A stretch of 64,000 nt of DNA from NCBI GenBank assembly GCA_003140935.1, contig PLLJ01000023.1, positions 24,824 through 88,823 of the forward strand, given 5' to 3'. Both the position numbers and the translations under genes were made by a program. This document shows, in pieces, positions 1-10,380 of the stretch. Positions within the stretch are counted from its first letter, which is position 1. Each line of letters begins with the position of its first letter. This DNA is from Candidatus Omnitrophota bacterium. Its GTDB lineage: Bacteria; Omnitrophota; Omnitrophia; Omnitrophales; Aquincolibacteriaceae. The notes under the pieces were generated by a model, which saw only the letters and a list, made by a program, of their open reading frames with translations, was not told the origin of the DNA and searched no databases.

Positions 1-2
1 CT

Positions 3-353
3 GTTTTCAAAATCACCAACGATCCCAGGATCACGCCGATCGGCAGTTTTCTCAGAAAGACGAGCCTTGATGAATTTCCTCAATTCCTGAATGTCCTCAT
101 GGGGGATATGAGCGTTGTGGGTCCCAGGCCTCCGCTTCCGAATGAAGTAGAAGAATATGAGCCTTGGCAGCGCCGGAGGCTTTCCATGAAGCCCGGCATT
201 ACCTGTATCTGGCAGGTCTCGGGACGCAACACCATCACTTTCGAAAAATGGATGGCGCTGGACCTGAAGTATATCGACAACTGGTCACTCGGATTGGACC
301 TTCAGCTTCTCGCCAAGACTCTTAAGGCCGTCGTTTCTCGCGACGGTAAGTAA
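3..353 (+). CDS. Sugar transferase (WcaJ/WbaP-type priming glycosyltransferase), C-terminal part, truncated by window start
   Basis: Frame open from base 3: [42 protein letters not shown]...[14 protein letters not shown]...DLKYIDNWS. Confidence 0.93.
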   Translation, partial: VFKITNDPRITPIGSFLRKTSLDEFPQFLNVLMGDMSVVGPRPPLPNEVEEYEPWQRRRLSMKPGITCIWQVSGRNTITFEKWMALDLKYIDNWSLGLDLQLLAKTLKAVVSRDGK

Positions 354-619
354 AACTTTCCCGCCGCATAGCTAAAACTCCGTCTACCCTCCAAGGGATT
401 ACCGGCACTTTTCGTCAAAAATTTGTAATGTTTATCCTTACATCCTATGGGGGAAAGGAAGAAGACCTAATGCCCTGTTCCCTGATACTCCTTGAGGCTA
501 TTAGTCGCAAGATCAAATGGACATAGCCTGACATACAAAAAAACGTCGTCTGTTAAACTTTTGTTGCAATGTTGGTGAGAAAAAGACGCACAGTTATTTT
601 AGAGAAGGAGAGTGCAGCT

Positions 620-1564
620 ATGAAAAGCAAGTATCAGTATCTTTCCGGAAAAACATTAGGGAAGACGGGGCGAGATTATCCCTCTAAAGATAAAGATTTG
701 ACGATCGTGATGTTCCCTTACGAAAGCCACAGCGTATTCCCTAAAGCGATCCGAGAGATCCATAAAGTTCTCTCGATCCCCTTCAATCTGATCGTCGTTG
801 AAGGGAACGCTTCCGATGAGGTCCGGAGCCAGTTGGAAGAATGTGAAAAACGCTACGGGAACACAACGGTTCTTTACTCCACCAAGTACCTGTCGCCGGG
901 GGAGATCATCAATCTGGCCAAGGCTCAGGTCAAGACTCCCTACAGCTTCTTTTTGGATAACGAGATCTACATCAGACCGGGCTGCATCGAGCGAATGCTT
1001 ATGAATGCCAAGAACTGGGGCACAGATATTGTTTTTCCGAAGAACAGTCTGATCTCTCGCGTGTTCAAGACACCGCAGAAAGATATCGTCAGTCTTGAAA
1101 CGCCCGGCTTGCGGCTTACGTTCCTCATCTCCACGTCAAGCCTTTCAAAACTTGTGAAGGTGGATGAACATACCGATCTGTATACCGCGGGATGGGACCT
1201 CATGCTTGAGTTCCAAGCAAAAGAGCTCAGGACCCGGGTCTCCGATGAGGCCTGGGTGGAAAGCTATCCCGAGCATGCGATCAGAAGAAGCGATCGTTCC
1301 CTCTATCAGCATCAATGGGACCTTAAGCGTCACCACGATGTCGTTGGCTATTTCCAAAGCAAATGGAATCTGGAGATCCAGGACGGTCTTTATCAACGGT
1401 GGTTTGAAGCCAAGAGCCGGAAGGCGGCCGCCCCGACGTCCCAGGATCCGGAGTACGAACCTTCCACACACGAAGTTCAACTTCAATCGCGTCCTCTGGA
1501 GAACCCATCGGCTTCATTGGAAAACGTTCCTCTTCCGGGGAATAACGGGCGAACGGAGGGTTGA
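620..1564 (+). CDS. Divergent glycosyltransferase family 2-like protein
   Basis: AAGGAG before ATG at 620; GT-A-like TIVMFP...NLIVVEG...FFLDNEI (DxE in place of DxD). Confidence 0.6.
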   Translation: MKSKYQYLSGKTLGKTGRDYPSKDKDLTIVMFPYESHSVFPKAIREIHKVLSIPFNLIVVEGNASDEVRSQLEECEKRYGNTTVLYSTKYLSPGEIINLAKAQVKTPYSFFLDNEIYIRPGCIERMLMNAKNWGTDIVFPKNSLISRVFKTPQKDIVSLETPGLRLTFLISTSSLSKLVKVDEHTDLYTAGWDLMLEFQAKELRTRVSDEAWVESYPEHAIRRSDRSLYQHQWDLKRHHDVVGYFQSKWNLEIQDGLYQRWFEAKSRKAAAPTSQDPEYEPSTHEVQLQSRPLENPSASLENVPLPGNNGRTEG

Positions 1565-1565
1565 T

Positions 1566-2336
1566 ATGAAGGCCATTATCCTTGCGGGAGGGAAGGGGAC
1601 GCGGCTTTCGGAGGAGACACTGTTAAAGCCAAAACCATTGGTCGAAATAGGCGAGATGCCGATCCTGTGGCACATCATGAAGTACTACTCCTCCTTCGGA
1701 ATCAATGATTTTGTGATCTGCTGCGGCTACAAGAGTTACATGATCAAAGAATATTTTGCGAACTATTTTCTCTATTGCTCCGATGTGACGTTCGATATGA
1801 CGGGAAATACGATGCAGGTGCTTAAGAAAAAGGCCGAACCGTGGCGAGTCACCCTGATCAATACCGGGCTTGAGACGCTGACCGGAGGACGTTTGAAATG
1901 TGTGAAAGACCATGTGGGCGGCGAGTCTTTTTGTTTCACTTACGGCGACGGCCTCAGTGATGTGAATATCGCCAAGCTTATTGATTTTCACAAAAAACAT
2001 AAGAAGATCGCGACGGTTACTGCTTCAAAGCACCAGAGCCGCTACGGGGTCATTTCTGCGGACCACGATCTTGTGACGCAATTCAGCGAAAAACCGATCA
2101 TGGAAAACAGCTGGATGAATTCCGGTTTTTTTGTGTTGGAGCCGGCCGTTTTTGATTACCTCCCCGAGAAAGATACCATGTTTGAAAAAGAACCGATGCA
2201 GCGTCTGATCCAAAGCGGCCAGCTCTGCGCATACCGTCACGACGGTTTTTTTCAATCCATGGATTCTTTGAGGGACAAAATGATCCTGGAGGATCTGTGG
2301 CAGAGGGGAGAAGCCCCATGGAAAGTATGGCTATGA
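1566..2336 (+). CDS. rfbF: Glucose-1-phosphate cytidylyltransferase
   Basis: MKAIILAGGKGTRLSEET..KPKPLVEIG, TYGDG, APWKVW C-terminus; GGAGG RBS before 1566. Confidence 0.95.
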   Translation: MKAIILAGGKGTRLSEETLLKPKPLVEIGEMPILWHIMKYYSSFGINDFVICCGYKSYMIKEYFANYFLYCSDVTFDMTGNTMQVLKKKAEPWRVTLINTGLETLTGGRLKCVKDHVGGESFCFTYGDGLSDVNIAKLIDFHKKHKKIATVTASKHQSRYGVISADHDLVTQFSEKPIMENSWMNSGFFVLEPAVFDYLPEKDTMFEKEPMQRLIQSGQLCAYRHDGFFQSMDSLRDKMILEDLWQRGEAPWKVWL

Positions 2337-3463
2337 ACGATCACTTCTGGAAAAATAAAAAAGTTTTTTTGACGGGGCACACGGGTTTTAAAGGGAGTTG
2401 GTGTGTGTTGTGGCTCAAAAGTCTTGGCGCCGATATCACGGGATATTCGTTAGAGCCTCCAACGCGGCCTAGTTTGTTCGAGAGCGCCCGGGTCGACGAA
2501 GGTATAAGGTCTGTCATCGGAGACATCCGGGACTTCCAGTATTTAAAAAAATGTCTCGGCGAAACCGCTCCGGATATCGTGATCCACATGGCGGCCCAGC
2601 CTCTCGTGCGGAAGTCTTATCAAGATCCGGTGGGGACTTACGCGACGAATGTCCTCGGGACCGTTCATTTACTTGAAGCGGTACGCCAGGGAACCGGTGA
2701 CCCCGTCGTCATCAACATCACAACGGACAAGTGCTATGAAAACAAGGAGTTGGACCGGGGCTATCGCGAGAATGAACCTCTGGGCGGGGCGGACCCTTAT
2801 AGCAGTAGTAAAGCATGTTCTGAAATAGCCACCTCGGCTTATCGGGATTCATACTTTCGATCCAAAGATGGTAGAGCTCGAGGCGTTGCGTTGGCAACGT
2901 GCCGTGCCGGAAACGTTATCGGAGGCGGTGATTGGGCCGAAGATCGGTTGGTCCCTGACATCGTGCGGGCTTTGATGGACGGGAGGGAGGTCATCATCAG
3001 AAATCCCAATTCCGTACGGCCCTGGCAGCATGTGTTGGACCCTTTGAACGGATACTTCACGCTCATCGAGAAACTTTTTGAAAATAGATCGCAATACGCG
3101 GAAGCTTGGAATTTCGGCCCGGACGAAGATGCCGCAAAACCGGTGTCTTGGATCGTGGATCAGCTTTTCATGTTTTGGGGCAAAAAGAGTTTTTGGAAAA
3201 AGGATCAAAATGATAATCCCCACGAAGCGAACTTGTTAAAGCTCAATTGCTCTAAAGCGAAGTCTCGTTTGGGATGGAGACCCAAATTGGGTTTGGAGGA
3301 GGCGTTGCGGTGGACTGCGGAGTGGTTTAAAGCTTACGCGGGAGGCGGGGATATGCGCCAGTTCAGTGAATCTCAGATCCGGAAATTTATGGAGGCCGGC
3401 TATGTTCCGGCTAAGACAGGAGAAAGTAAAGTTTTGAAAGAGGCTCATGTTTCTTGTTCGTGA
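2333..3463 (+). CDS. rfbG: CDP-glucose 4,6-dehydratase
   Basis: FWKNKKVFLTGHTGFKGSW, AAQPLVRKSY, DPYSSSK, RAGNVIGGGDWAEDR; ATGA overlap with rfbF. Confidence 0.95.
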   Translation: MNDHFWKNKKVFLTGHTGFKGSWCVLWLKSLGADITGYSLEPPTRPSLFESARVDEGIRSVIGDIRDFQYLKKCLGETAPDIVIHMAAQPLVRKSYQDPVGTYATNVLGTVHLLEAVRQGTGDPVVINITTDKCYENKELDRGYRENEPLGGADPYSSSKACSEIATSAYRDSYFRSKDGRARGVALATCRAGNVIGGGDWAEDRLVPDIVRALMDGREVIIRNPNSVRPWQHVLDPLNGYFTLIEKLFENRSQYAEAWNFGPDEDAAKPVSWIVDQLFMFWGKKSFWKKDQNDNPHEANLLKLNCSKAKSRLGWRPKLGLEEALRWTAEWFKAYAGGGDMRQFSESQIRKFMEAGYVPAKTGESKVLKEAHVSCS

Positions 3464-3519
3464 GGGCGGGGTGTCACGGCCCCACCGATCACAGAAGGGG
3501 CATAGTCCAGGAGGAGCAG

Positions 3520-4083
3520 ATGATGATCTTTAAAGAAACAAAGCTTAAAGGCGCATTTATCGTTGAACTCGATAAAAAAGAGGACGAGCGGGGATTTTTT
3601 GCAAGGGCTTTTTGCCGGAATGAGTTCTCCAAGCAGGGTCTTAAGGCAGATATTGCCCAGATCAATACGTCTCACAATAACAAGAAGGGCACCCTGCGCG
3701 GCATGCACTTTCAAGCGGATCCCTATCCGGAATGCAAGATCAACCGCTGTATCCGAGGCGCCATTTACGATGTCATCATTGACCTGCGGCCGGATTCAAA
3801 AACTTTTAAACAATGGTTCGGGATCGAATTGCGCGAAGGGGACGGGAGGATGCTCTATGTCCCGGAGCATTTTGCCCACGGGTATCAGACCCTCGAAGAT
3901 CATTCCGAAGTCCTTTACCTGGTCACCCAATTTTATGTTCCTAGTGCGGGGAAGGGTGTTCTGTACAACGATCCGGCTTTTAATATTCAATGGCCGGTGG
4001 AAATCACTTCCGTGTCGGAGCAGGACATGAGTTGGAAACCTTTCAAGCTCGAGGGAACCTTGAAATGTTCTTGCGGGTCATAA
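3520..4083 (+). CDS. rfbC: NDP-4-keto-6-deoxyhexose 3,5-epimerase (RmlC family)
   Basis: DERGFFAR, GTLRGMHFQ, FAHGYQTL, NDPAFNIQWP; GAGGAG RBS. Confidence 0.93.
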   Translation: MMIFKETKLKGAFIVELDKKEDERGFFARAFCRNEFSKQGLKADIAQINTSHNNKKGTLRGMHFQADPYPECKINRCIRGAIYDVIIDLRPDSKTFKQWFGIELREGDGRMLYVPEHFAHGYQTLEDHSEVLYLVTQFYVPSAGKGVLYNDPAFNIQWPVEITSVSEQDMSWKPFKLEGTLKCSCGS

Positions 4084-4119
4084 GCTGATCATAATCCCCA
4101 GGAAAGGAGGGTTCAATCC

Positions 4120-5157
4120 ATGAAAGCGACTATCGCGGTACCCACCAAAAACCGGACAAAGTATTTAGACGAGGTTTTTGCGGGAGCGCTAGGGCAACAT
4201 TACGATGATTACGAGATCCTTGTGGGCGATTCCTCCGATCAGGACGACGTGTACGAAAAGATCAAGTCTCTCGGCCCCGATAAAAAGATCCGCTATGTAC
4301 GCTACCCTCCCTTTGCGACGCAGCCATGGAAATTCACTCAAATGCTCAAGGAGGCCAAAGGGGAATGGATGACCTTTTTAGGGGATGACGATCTTTTGGA
4401 TCCGGATTATCTCCAAGTGCTGATGGGGCATGCCGAAGGGCAACCTAATGCGACCATCATCCTGAACCGTTTTCGGGAGATCAACGGGGAGGGGAAACTT
4501 TTGCGTCTGGATCCGCTGCATAAAACCGTCATGTCTCCGGCGGAGTTTCTGAGCCGTTTATTCCTGCCGTCGAGGGATTTTTTTAAAATGAATATCACGG
4601 GTCCGTTATTCCGGAGGGAAATACTTCTTCAGGAGGGCGGCTTTCCCGAACTTCCGAATTGTTGGCATACGGACATTCTCGGCTGGGCCAGAGTGGGGTC
4701 ACGCGGGTTGGCGATCTTTGAGAAAAGATCGCTTTGCGGTGTACGGGTTCATTATGGTTCATTGACATCGACCTCGTTTAATGACGATGTGGAAGACCTG
4801 ATCCAGACGAGTCAAGGTTTGGAAGAGATCGTTTCGGGTTTGCTTACGAGGATGGAATCGGAACTCACGACAGCGGAAGATGTGAGGTTCTTAAAGACAG
4901 CGAGACAAAATCTTCACACCTACGCGCGGCGTCATATCGGGCGGGCCTTTGACCGCGGATTTGTGGGGCTTTTGTCCAAAGATGATAGGGAGCTTTCTGA
5001 AAAGCTAGCGCACATGTTTAAAAGAATGCAGGCGATGAAGATCCCTGTTTTTGGGTCGGCCTATATTTACTCTTTTTTGAGACTTTTGAATTATTCCTTA
5101 AGGCGTCCGTTACTCGACGCGCTGGTCCGGTACAAGATCAGAAAACTATGCTCATAA
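4120..5157 (+). CDS. Glycosyltransferase family 2
   Basis: TIAVPTKNR...ILVGDSS...FLGDDDLL; paralog of 6656..7690. Confidence 0.85.
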   Translation: MKATIAVPTKNRTKYLDEVFAGALGQHYDDYEILVGDSSDQDDVYEKIKSLGPDKKIRYVRYPPFATQPWKFTQMLKEAKGEWMTFLGDDDLLDPDYLQVLMGHAEGQPNATIILNRFREINGEGKLLRLDPLHKTVMSPAEFLSRLFLPSRDFFKMNITGPLFRREILLQEGGFPELPNCWHTDILGWARVGSRGLAIFEKRSLCGVRVHYGSLTSTSFNDDVEDLIQTSQGLEEIVSGLLTRMESELTTAEDVRFLKTARQNLHTYARRHIGRAFDRGFVGLLSKDDRELSEKLAHMFKRMQAMKIPVFGSAYIYSFLRLLNYSLRRPLLDALVRYKIRKLCS

Positions 5158-5246
5158 CCGCGGAAAGTTTTTATGATCCAAACGATGACCGGAATACTTG
5201 AAAGAAATTCGATGACGGAAGATGCAGCTTTCATAGGAGAACCTGG

Positions 5247-6659
5247 ATGATCCTTATCGATCGGGCACTTCAGCAAAGGGAAGAAGAAAATAAACCGATC
5301 CGTGTCGGTATGATCGGCGCTGGTTTTATGGGGCGGATGATCGCGTTTCAGATCGGAACCTCTGTGACCGGGATGCGGATGGTCGCGATCGCGAATCGCC
5401 ATGTGGAGAAGGCGAAGGAGGCTTATGCGCTTGCCGGCATTCACGACGTTCAAGAGGTCTCGGAGCTGGACGAGCTGGAGGATGCTATTTTAAAGGGACG
5501 CTGTGCGGTGACGGAAAACCCGCTTCTTTTAAGCCGGGCGGAGAATATTGATGTTCTGATCGAAGTGACCGGCACTATTAATTATGCGGTCTATCCGATT
5601 CTCGAAGCCATTCAACATAACAAGCATGTTATTTTGATGAACGCGGAGCTGGATGCCACGTTGGGGCCCATCCTGAAAACCTTTGCGGACAAAAAAAGGG
5701 TTGTGTATACGAATGCGGACGGCGATCAACCGGGAGTGGAAATGAACCTTTATCGATTCGTCAAAGGGACCGGGATCAGGCCTGTTTTGGCGGGAAACGT
5801 CAAGGGTTTGTATGATCCTCACCGGACGCCCGAGACTCAGGCAGCATTTGCAAAGCAATGGGGACAGAATCCGCGAATGGTCACCTCGTTCGCGGACGGG
5901 ACCAAAGTTTCATTCGAGCAAGCTGTTGTGGCCAATGCAACGGGCATGTCCATCGCTAAAAGGGGAATGCTTGGGTTTACGGTGCCATCCGGTATGGAGA
6001 TCCGTGAGGCATTTAAAATCTACCCCGCGGATGTGCTTTTAAAAGGTAACGGGATTGTCGATTACCTTGTCGCCGCCGAGCCGGGGGCCGGGGTTTTTAT
6101 CATCGGTCATGAAACACATCCTCTGCAGCGGAAATATCTCGAGCTCTACAAGCTCGGGAAAGGTCCTTTTTATTGCTTTTATGCGCCTTATCATTTATGC
6201 CACTTTGAAATTCCCAATTCGGTCGCACGTACCGTGATCTTTCACGATGCCGCTGCGACTCCGATGGGCGCTCCTCAGGTGGATGTGGTCGCAACGGCCA
6301 AGAGGGACCTCAGAAAAGGCGAGATGCTGGATGGGATCGGTTGCTTCATGACCTACGGACAATGTGAAAAGGCGGAGATCACCTACTCAGAACAACTCTT
6401 GCCCATGGGCATTGCCGAGGGATGCGTTTTGAACCGGGATATTACCAAAGACGCAGTGCTGACCTATAGAGATGTCACGCTCCCTGAGAATTCCATGAGC
6501 GTTGAACTCAGGCGCCAACAAGATCAGTCGTTTTTTTCAGGACAAAAGGATATGGAAACAGCCTCTTTGAAAGAGCGGTCCCGGCATTCTGAAGAAGAAA
6601 GATACTGGGAGGTCTACCATTTCGGTGCCGGAAATCGAGATTCACAGGTGATGCCATGA
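5247..6659 (+). CDS. NAD(P)-dependent oxidoreductase with C-terminal SAF domain (COG4091, homoserine dehydrogenase-like)
   Basis: GMIGAGFMG Rossmann motif, NAELDATLGP, DGDQPG, SFADGTK, AKRDL..GEMLDGIG. Confidence 0.85.
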   Translation: MILIDRALQQREEENKPIRVGMIGAGFMGRMIAFQIGTSVTGMRMVAIANRHVEKAKEAYALAGIHDVQEVSELDELEDAILKGRCAVTENPLLLSRAENIDVLIEVTGTINYAVYPILEAIQHNKHVILMNAELDATLGPILKTFADKKRVVYTNADGDQPGVEMNLYRFVKGTGIRPVLAGNVKGLYDPHRTPETQAAFAKQWGQNPRMVTSFADGTKVSFEQAVVANATGMSIAKRGMLGFTVPSGMEIREAFKIYPADVLLKGNGIVDYLVAAEPGAGVFIIGHETHPLQRKYLELYKLGKGPFYCFYAPYHLCHFEIPNSVARTVIFHDAAATPMGAPQVDVVATAKRDLRKGEMLDGIGCFMTYGQCEKAEITYSEQLLPMGIAEGCVLNRDITKDAVLTYRDVTLPENSMSVELRRQQDQSFFSGQKDMETASLKERSRHSEEERYWEVYHFGAGNRDSQVMP

Positions 6660-7690
6660 GAGCAACGATCGCGATTCCTGCCCACAATTCCACAAAGTAC
6701 TTCGAAGAAGCCTTTGCCGGCGCCATGCGGCAGAATTTTGAAGACTATGAGGTTGTGGTCGCGGACTCTTCCGATCACGATAGCGTTCAGGAGAAAGTAG
6801 AGCCTTATTTGACGGATGGCAAGGCGCGCTATTTGCGTCTGCCCCCCGAAACAGAATTTCTTGTGAAACTGAATATTCTTCTTAAGTCCGCCCAGGGAGA
6901 GTGGATGACATACCTGTGTGATGACGACACCCTTCGCGAGGATTATTTGAGCGTCATGATGAAACATGCGGAAAGTCAACCCCAGGCGACTTTGATCCGG
7001 TGCCGGTTCGAGATCATTGATGGAGAAGGGCATCTTTTAAGGATGGATCCTGGGTCGAAGGAAGTGATGGGTCCTGCGGAGTTTTTGAGCCGCTTGTTCC
7101 TCCCCGAAAAGAAATTCTTCAAAATGAATATATCGGGAGTCTTGTTCCACCGTAAGACTTTTTTGGAAGAAGGAGGGTTCCGTGAATTCCCTCTGGCGTG
7201 GCATGCCGACTTGCTGTCGTGGGCCCTTATAGGGTCCCGGGGGCTGTGTATTTTCGAAAAAAAATGCCTTACGGAGATCCGTGTGCATCCTGATTCTCAG
7301 AATTCAGTCTATGACGAGGACCTGCTGAAGGCCGTTCAGACGAATTCCGGCGTGAGCGATGCACTGGAGCATATCTTAAAGAGACTCGAACAAGAAGTGA
7401 CGACCTTTAAAGACCGTAAATTTTTGGAGGCCGCGAAAAAGAATGTTAAGCATTATATGCGAAGGCATCTTTCGAGGGCATTCGACCATGGTTTTATGGC
7501 TGCCCTGTCGACAGACCGTCCCGGTATCGGTGAATATGTCGGATCGTGGCTTGAAAAAATGAAACAGATGGGAGTTCCCAGGTTCAAATCAGCATTGGTG
7601 TATTCCTGTCTGGGACATTTGGCTTATCCCGTACGGCGGCCGGTGCTGGACGTGTTCAAGCGGTATAAGACGAGAAAGTGGTGCCGTTGA
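6656..7690 (+). CDS. Glycosyltransferase family 2
   Basis: TIAIPAHN...VVVADSS...LCDDDTL; paralog of 4120..5157. Confidence 0.85.
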   Translation: MRATIAIPAHNSTKYFEEAFAGAMRQNFEDYEVVVADSSDHDSVQEKVEPYLTDGKARYLRLPPETEFLVKLNILLKSAQGEWMTYLCDDDTLREDYLSVMMKHAESQPQATLIRCRFEIIDGEGHLLRMDPGSKEVMGPAEFLSRLFLPEKKFFKMNISGVLFHRKTFLEEGGFREFPLAWHADLLSWALIGSRGLCIFEKKCLTEIRVHPDSQNSVYDEDLLKAVQTNSGVSDALEHILKRLEQEVTTFKDRKFLEAAKKNVKHYMRRHLSRAFDHGFMAALSTDRPGIGEYVGSWLEKMKQMGVPRFKSALVYSCLGHLAYPVRRPVLDVFKRYKTRKWCR

Positions 7691-7753
7691 TCCCAGGGAA
7701 TGCAGATTTTGAGAAGCGGAATGCAGAGGATGTGCTGAAAAGGAGAGTTTTCG

Positions 7754-8773
7754 ATGAAAAACCATAAGGGTCCCGGATGTATTTTGGTGACGGGCGGCGC
7801 GGGTTTTATTGGCTCTCATCTGTGTGAACGATTGCTTCAGGAAGGATACCGGGTCGTTTCCTTTGACAATTTCAACAACTTTTATGACCGGTCCATCAAA
7901 GAGAGGAACATCGAATCGGTCCGGTCGCAATCGACAGACGGAAAATTTCTGAGCGTTTATGGAGACATCCGGGATAAATTCCATCTCTTTGAAGTAATGG
8001 AAAGGGAACGCCCCCTTTGTGTCATCCATCTGGCGGCCATGGCTGGGGTCCGGCCGTCGTTGCAGGACCCGTTACATTATACTGATGTCAATGTCGTCGG
8101 GACGCAGCTTCTTCTGGAGGCGTGTGCAGGGATGAAGGTACGTCACTTTATCTTCGCCTCTTCTTCTTCCGTTTATGGCAATAATTCCAAGGTGCCTTTT
8201 GCCGAGACGGACTGTGTGGATTACCCGATCTCACCCTATGCCGCAACTAAAAAGGCCGGGGAATTGATCTGTTACAATTATTTCCATCTTCACGCCATGA
8301 GGATCGCATGCCTCCGTTTCTTTACGGTTTATGGGCCCCGCCAGCGTCCCGATTTGGCGATTCATAAGTTCGCCAGGATCATCCAAAGCGGTCAGGAAAT
8401 CTCGATGTATGGAGACGGCGAATCCCGGCGTGATTATACTTATATTGATGATTGCATCAGCGGCGTCATGGGGGCCCTCCGCTGGGTTGTTTCTGAAAAG
8501 GGAGCTCCGGCAGCCTATGAGATTGTGAACCTTGGAGAATCGCGCATGATTTCCCTGGCTGAGATGATCGCTTGCATTGAAAAGACGCTCGGGAAAAAAG
8601 CCCGGATCAAACGCCTGCCGCTCCAGCCCGGTGACGTGGAGCGGACCTATGCGGATATCAGCAAAGCGCGGCAATTGTTCGGCTATGCTCCCGCAACGGA
8701 TTTTGAAACCGGGATCGGACATTTCGTCGACTGGCTGCATTCTCTGGAAAAAGCGGGAGCTAAGACGTCATGA
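7754..8773 (+). CDS. NAD-dependent nucleotide-sugar epimerase (UDP-glucuronate 4-epimerase-like)
   Basis: TGGAGFIG, HLAAMAGVRPS, SSSSVYG, YAATK, RFFTVYGPRQRPDLA. Confidence 0.9.
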   Translation: MKNHKGPGCILVTGGAGFIGSHLCERLLQEGYRVVSFDNFNNFYDRSIKERNIESVRSQSTDGKFLSVYGDIRDKFHLFEVMERERPLCVIHLAAMAGVRPSLQDPLHYTDVNVVGTQLLLEACAGMKVRHFIFASSSSVYGNNSKVPFAETDCVDYPISPYAATKKAGELICYNYFHLHAMRIACLRFFTVYGPRQRPDLAIHKFARIIQSGQEISMYGDGESRRDYTYIDDCISGVMGALRWVVSEKGAPAAYEIVNLGESRMISLAEMIACIEKTLGKKARIKRLPLQPGDVERTYADISKARQLFGYAPATDFETGIGHFVDWLHSLEKAGAKTS

Positions 8774-9726
8774 ATCAGACCAAACCGCTTCCTTTTTTCT
8801 CAGTGGTCATCCCCGCTTATAACAGCGAAAGATATTTACCGGCGACCCTCGAAAGCGTGATCGGTCAAACGATCCGTGATTGGGAAATAGTCGTGGTGGA
8901 TGATGCATCGTCAGATGGAACGCCCGAGCTGTTGGCCAGGTATGCGGCGAAATATCCCCAGATCCGCATTTTCCGAAATGAACAGAACTCGGGCATCGCC
9001 AAGACCCTGAATCGCGGCATTCGCGAAGCCCGGGGAGAATGGATCGCCCGTCTTGACAGCGACGATCTGTTTACTCCGGGCTATCTGGGAACTCTTCGCT
9101 CTTTTATCGCAGAACTGCCGCATTCCCCTTGTTTTATTTCAAGCTGGGTCACCGTCATAGACGGAAATGGAGCGAAGGTGCTTGATGTGCGTTTGCCCTC
9201 CGCTAAAACAATCGCCCGCATGATGCATTTTGAGAATTTCCTTTATCATCCCGCCACGAGTTTCCCAAAGCGAGTGTGGGAACAAGTCGGCGGTTATCCG
9301 GATGAAGATCGGAAATTATCCGAAGACACGGAGATGTGGAAGCGGTTTTTCAAAAACGACGTATCACTTTTCATGATCCCAAAACACCTTGTCCTTTACA
9401 GGATCCATCAAACGAATACCACGTCCTTCAAGGACGGAGAAATAACAAAAAAGGGGAGCCGTCAAAGCGCCCTGGCGCAACAGTATCATGAATGGAGGGT
9501 CTCGCTTTTTTTAAAGCAGGGAGATCTCCGGGCCGCGCGTCATGAACTCCTCTTATTAAAGGAAATCCGACCAGCCTTTTCGTTAAAAAATACTTTGTAC
9601 TATCTTATGACGCTCCTCCCAAATTTCCTCGTCTATGGCTTCATGTGGGAGATCCGCCCCCGGATGCGTCGTTTGACAAAGTTCCTTAAGACCGGACTGC
9701 TTCAGGCCCGGCACAATCCCTCCTAG
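8770..9726 (+). CDS. Glycosyltransferase family 2
   Basis: SVVIPAYN, VVDDASSDGT, ARLDSDD. Confidence 0.92.
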   Translation: MNQTKPLPFFSVVIPAYNSERYLPATLESVIGQTIRDWEIVVVDDASSDGTPELLARYAAKYPQIRIFRNEQNSGIAKTLNRGIREARGEWIARLDSDDLFTPGYLGTLRSFIAELPHSPCFISSWVTVIDGNGAKVLDVRLPSAKTIARMMHFENFLYHPATSFPKRVWEQVGGYPDEDRKLSEDTEMWKRFFKNDVSLFMIPKHLVLYRIHQTNTTSFKDGEITKKGSRQSALAQQYHEWRVSLFLKQGDLRAARHELLLLKEIRPAFSLKNTLYYLMTLLPNFLVYGFMWEIRPRMRRLTKFLKTGLLQARHNPS

Positions 9727-10380
9727 ACACCTTTTTCATCCCTCCGAAAATTGATACTCCAGAATTTTCACATGATGAATGCTTTTTTTCAATCCTTCTT
9801 GTTATAAATCGCTATTCCCTGTTTATTAATGGGAATGACTGTCGACAAAAAGGATTAGAATGTTAATTAAGAAGCTGTTTGATAGCGCTTGAGAATGCCG
9901 TCTTTTGTGTCAAAAATATCAAAAAGATCCGCTTATTTTCACATTCCAGCAATTATTTTTGCCAAAAAATGACTTAATTGTAATGTTGTAACATCAATGA
10001 TATAAAAAAGATAAGTCGATTCCTAGACCCTAGAAAAAAATATTTTGTTTTTGTCACTTGCTTTTTATTTGAACCCCGTGTAGGGTTCTATCGTACGAGG
10101 GATGCGGTGATTCCCTGATACGAACAAAGCTTTTTCAAAGGTTTTACAGATTCTTGCTCCCGAAAGGGAGAGACCTCGAGTGCTGTTCCAGCCAAATCGT
10201 TCGAGATCGCAAATCGAAAGCCTCTTGACAAGAAGAACGTGATTGTCAGGCGAGTTTAAAGGTTTTGCGGTTCTGACGCATTTTTCAGACATAACATACG
10301 CACTTATATCCTACCTTAGCTTGCCCGCGGCATTTCGTTCTCCTTGAGCTTTGTAAAATCAAAAAAAGGAGAACAATACA

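Noticed and set aside
1164-1565. N-terminal extension of rfbF in the ORF track
   Set aside because: Overlaps the upstream GT; the family start and RBS are at 1566.
10150-10180. GAAA-tetraloop hairpin, considered as a c-di-GMP-I riboswitch
   Set aside because: The flanking GCAAA elements and second stem are absent.
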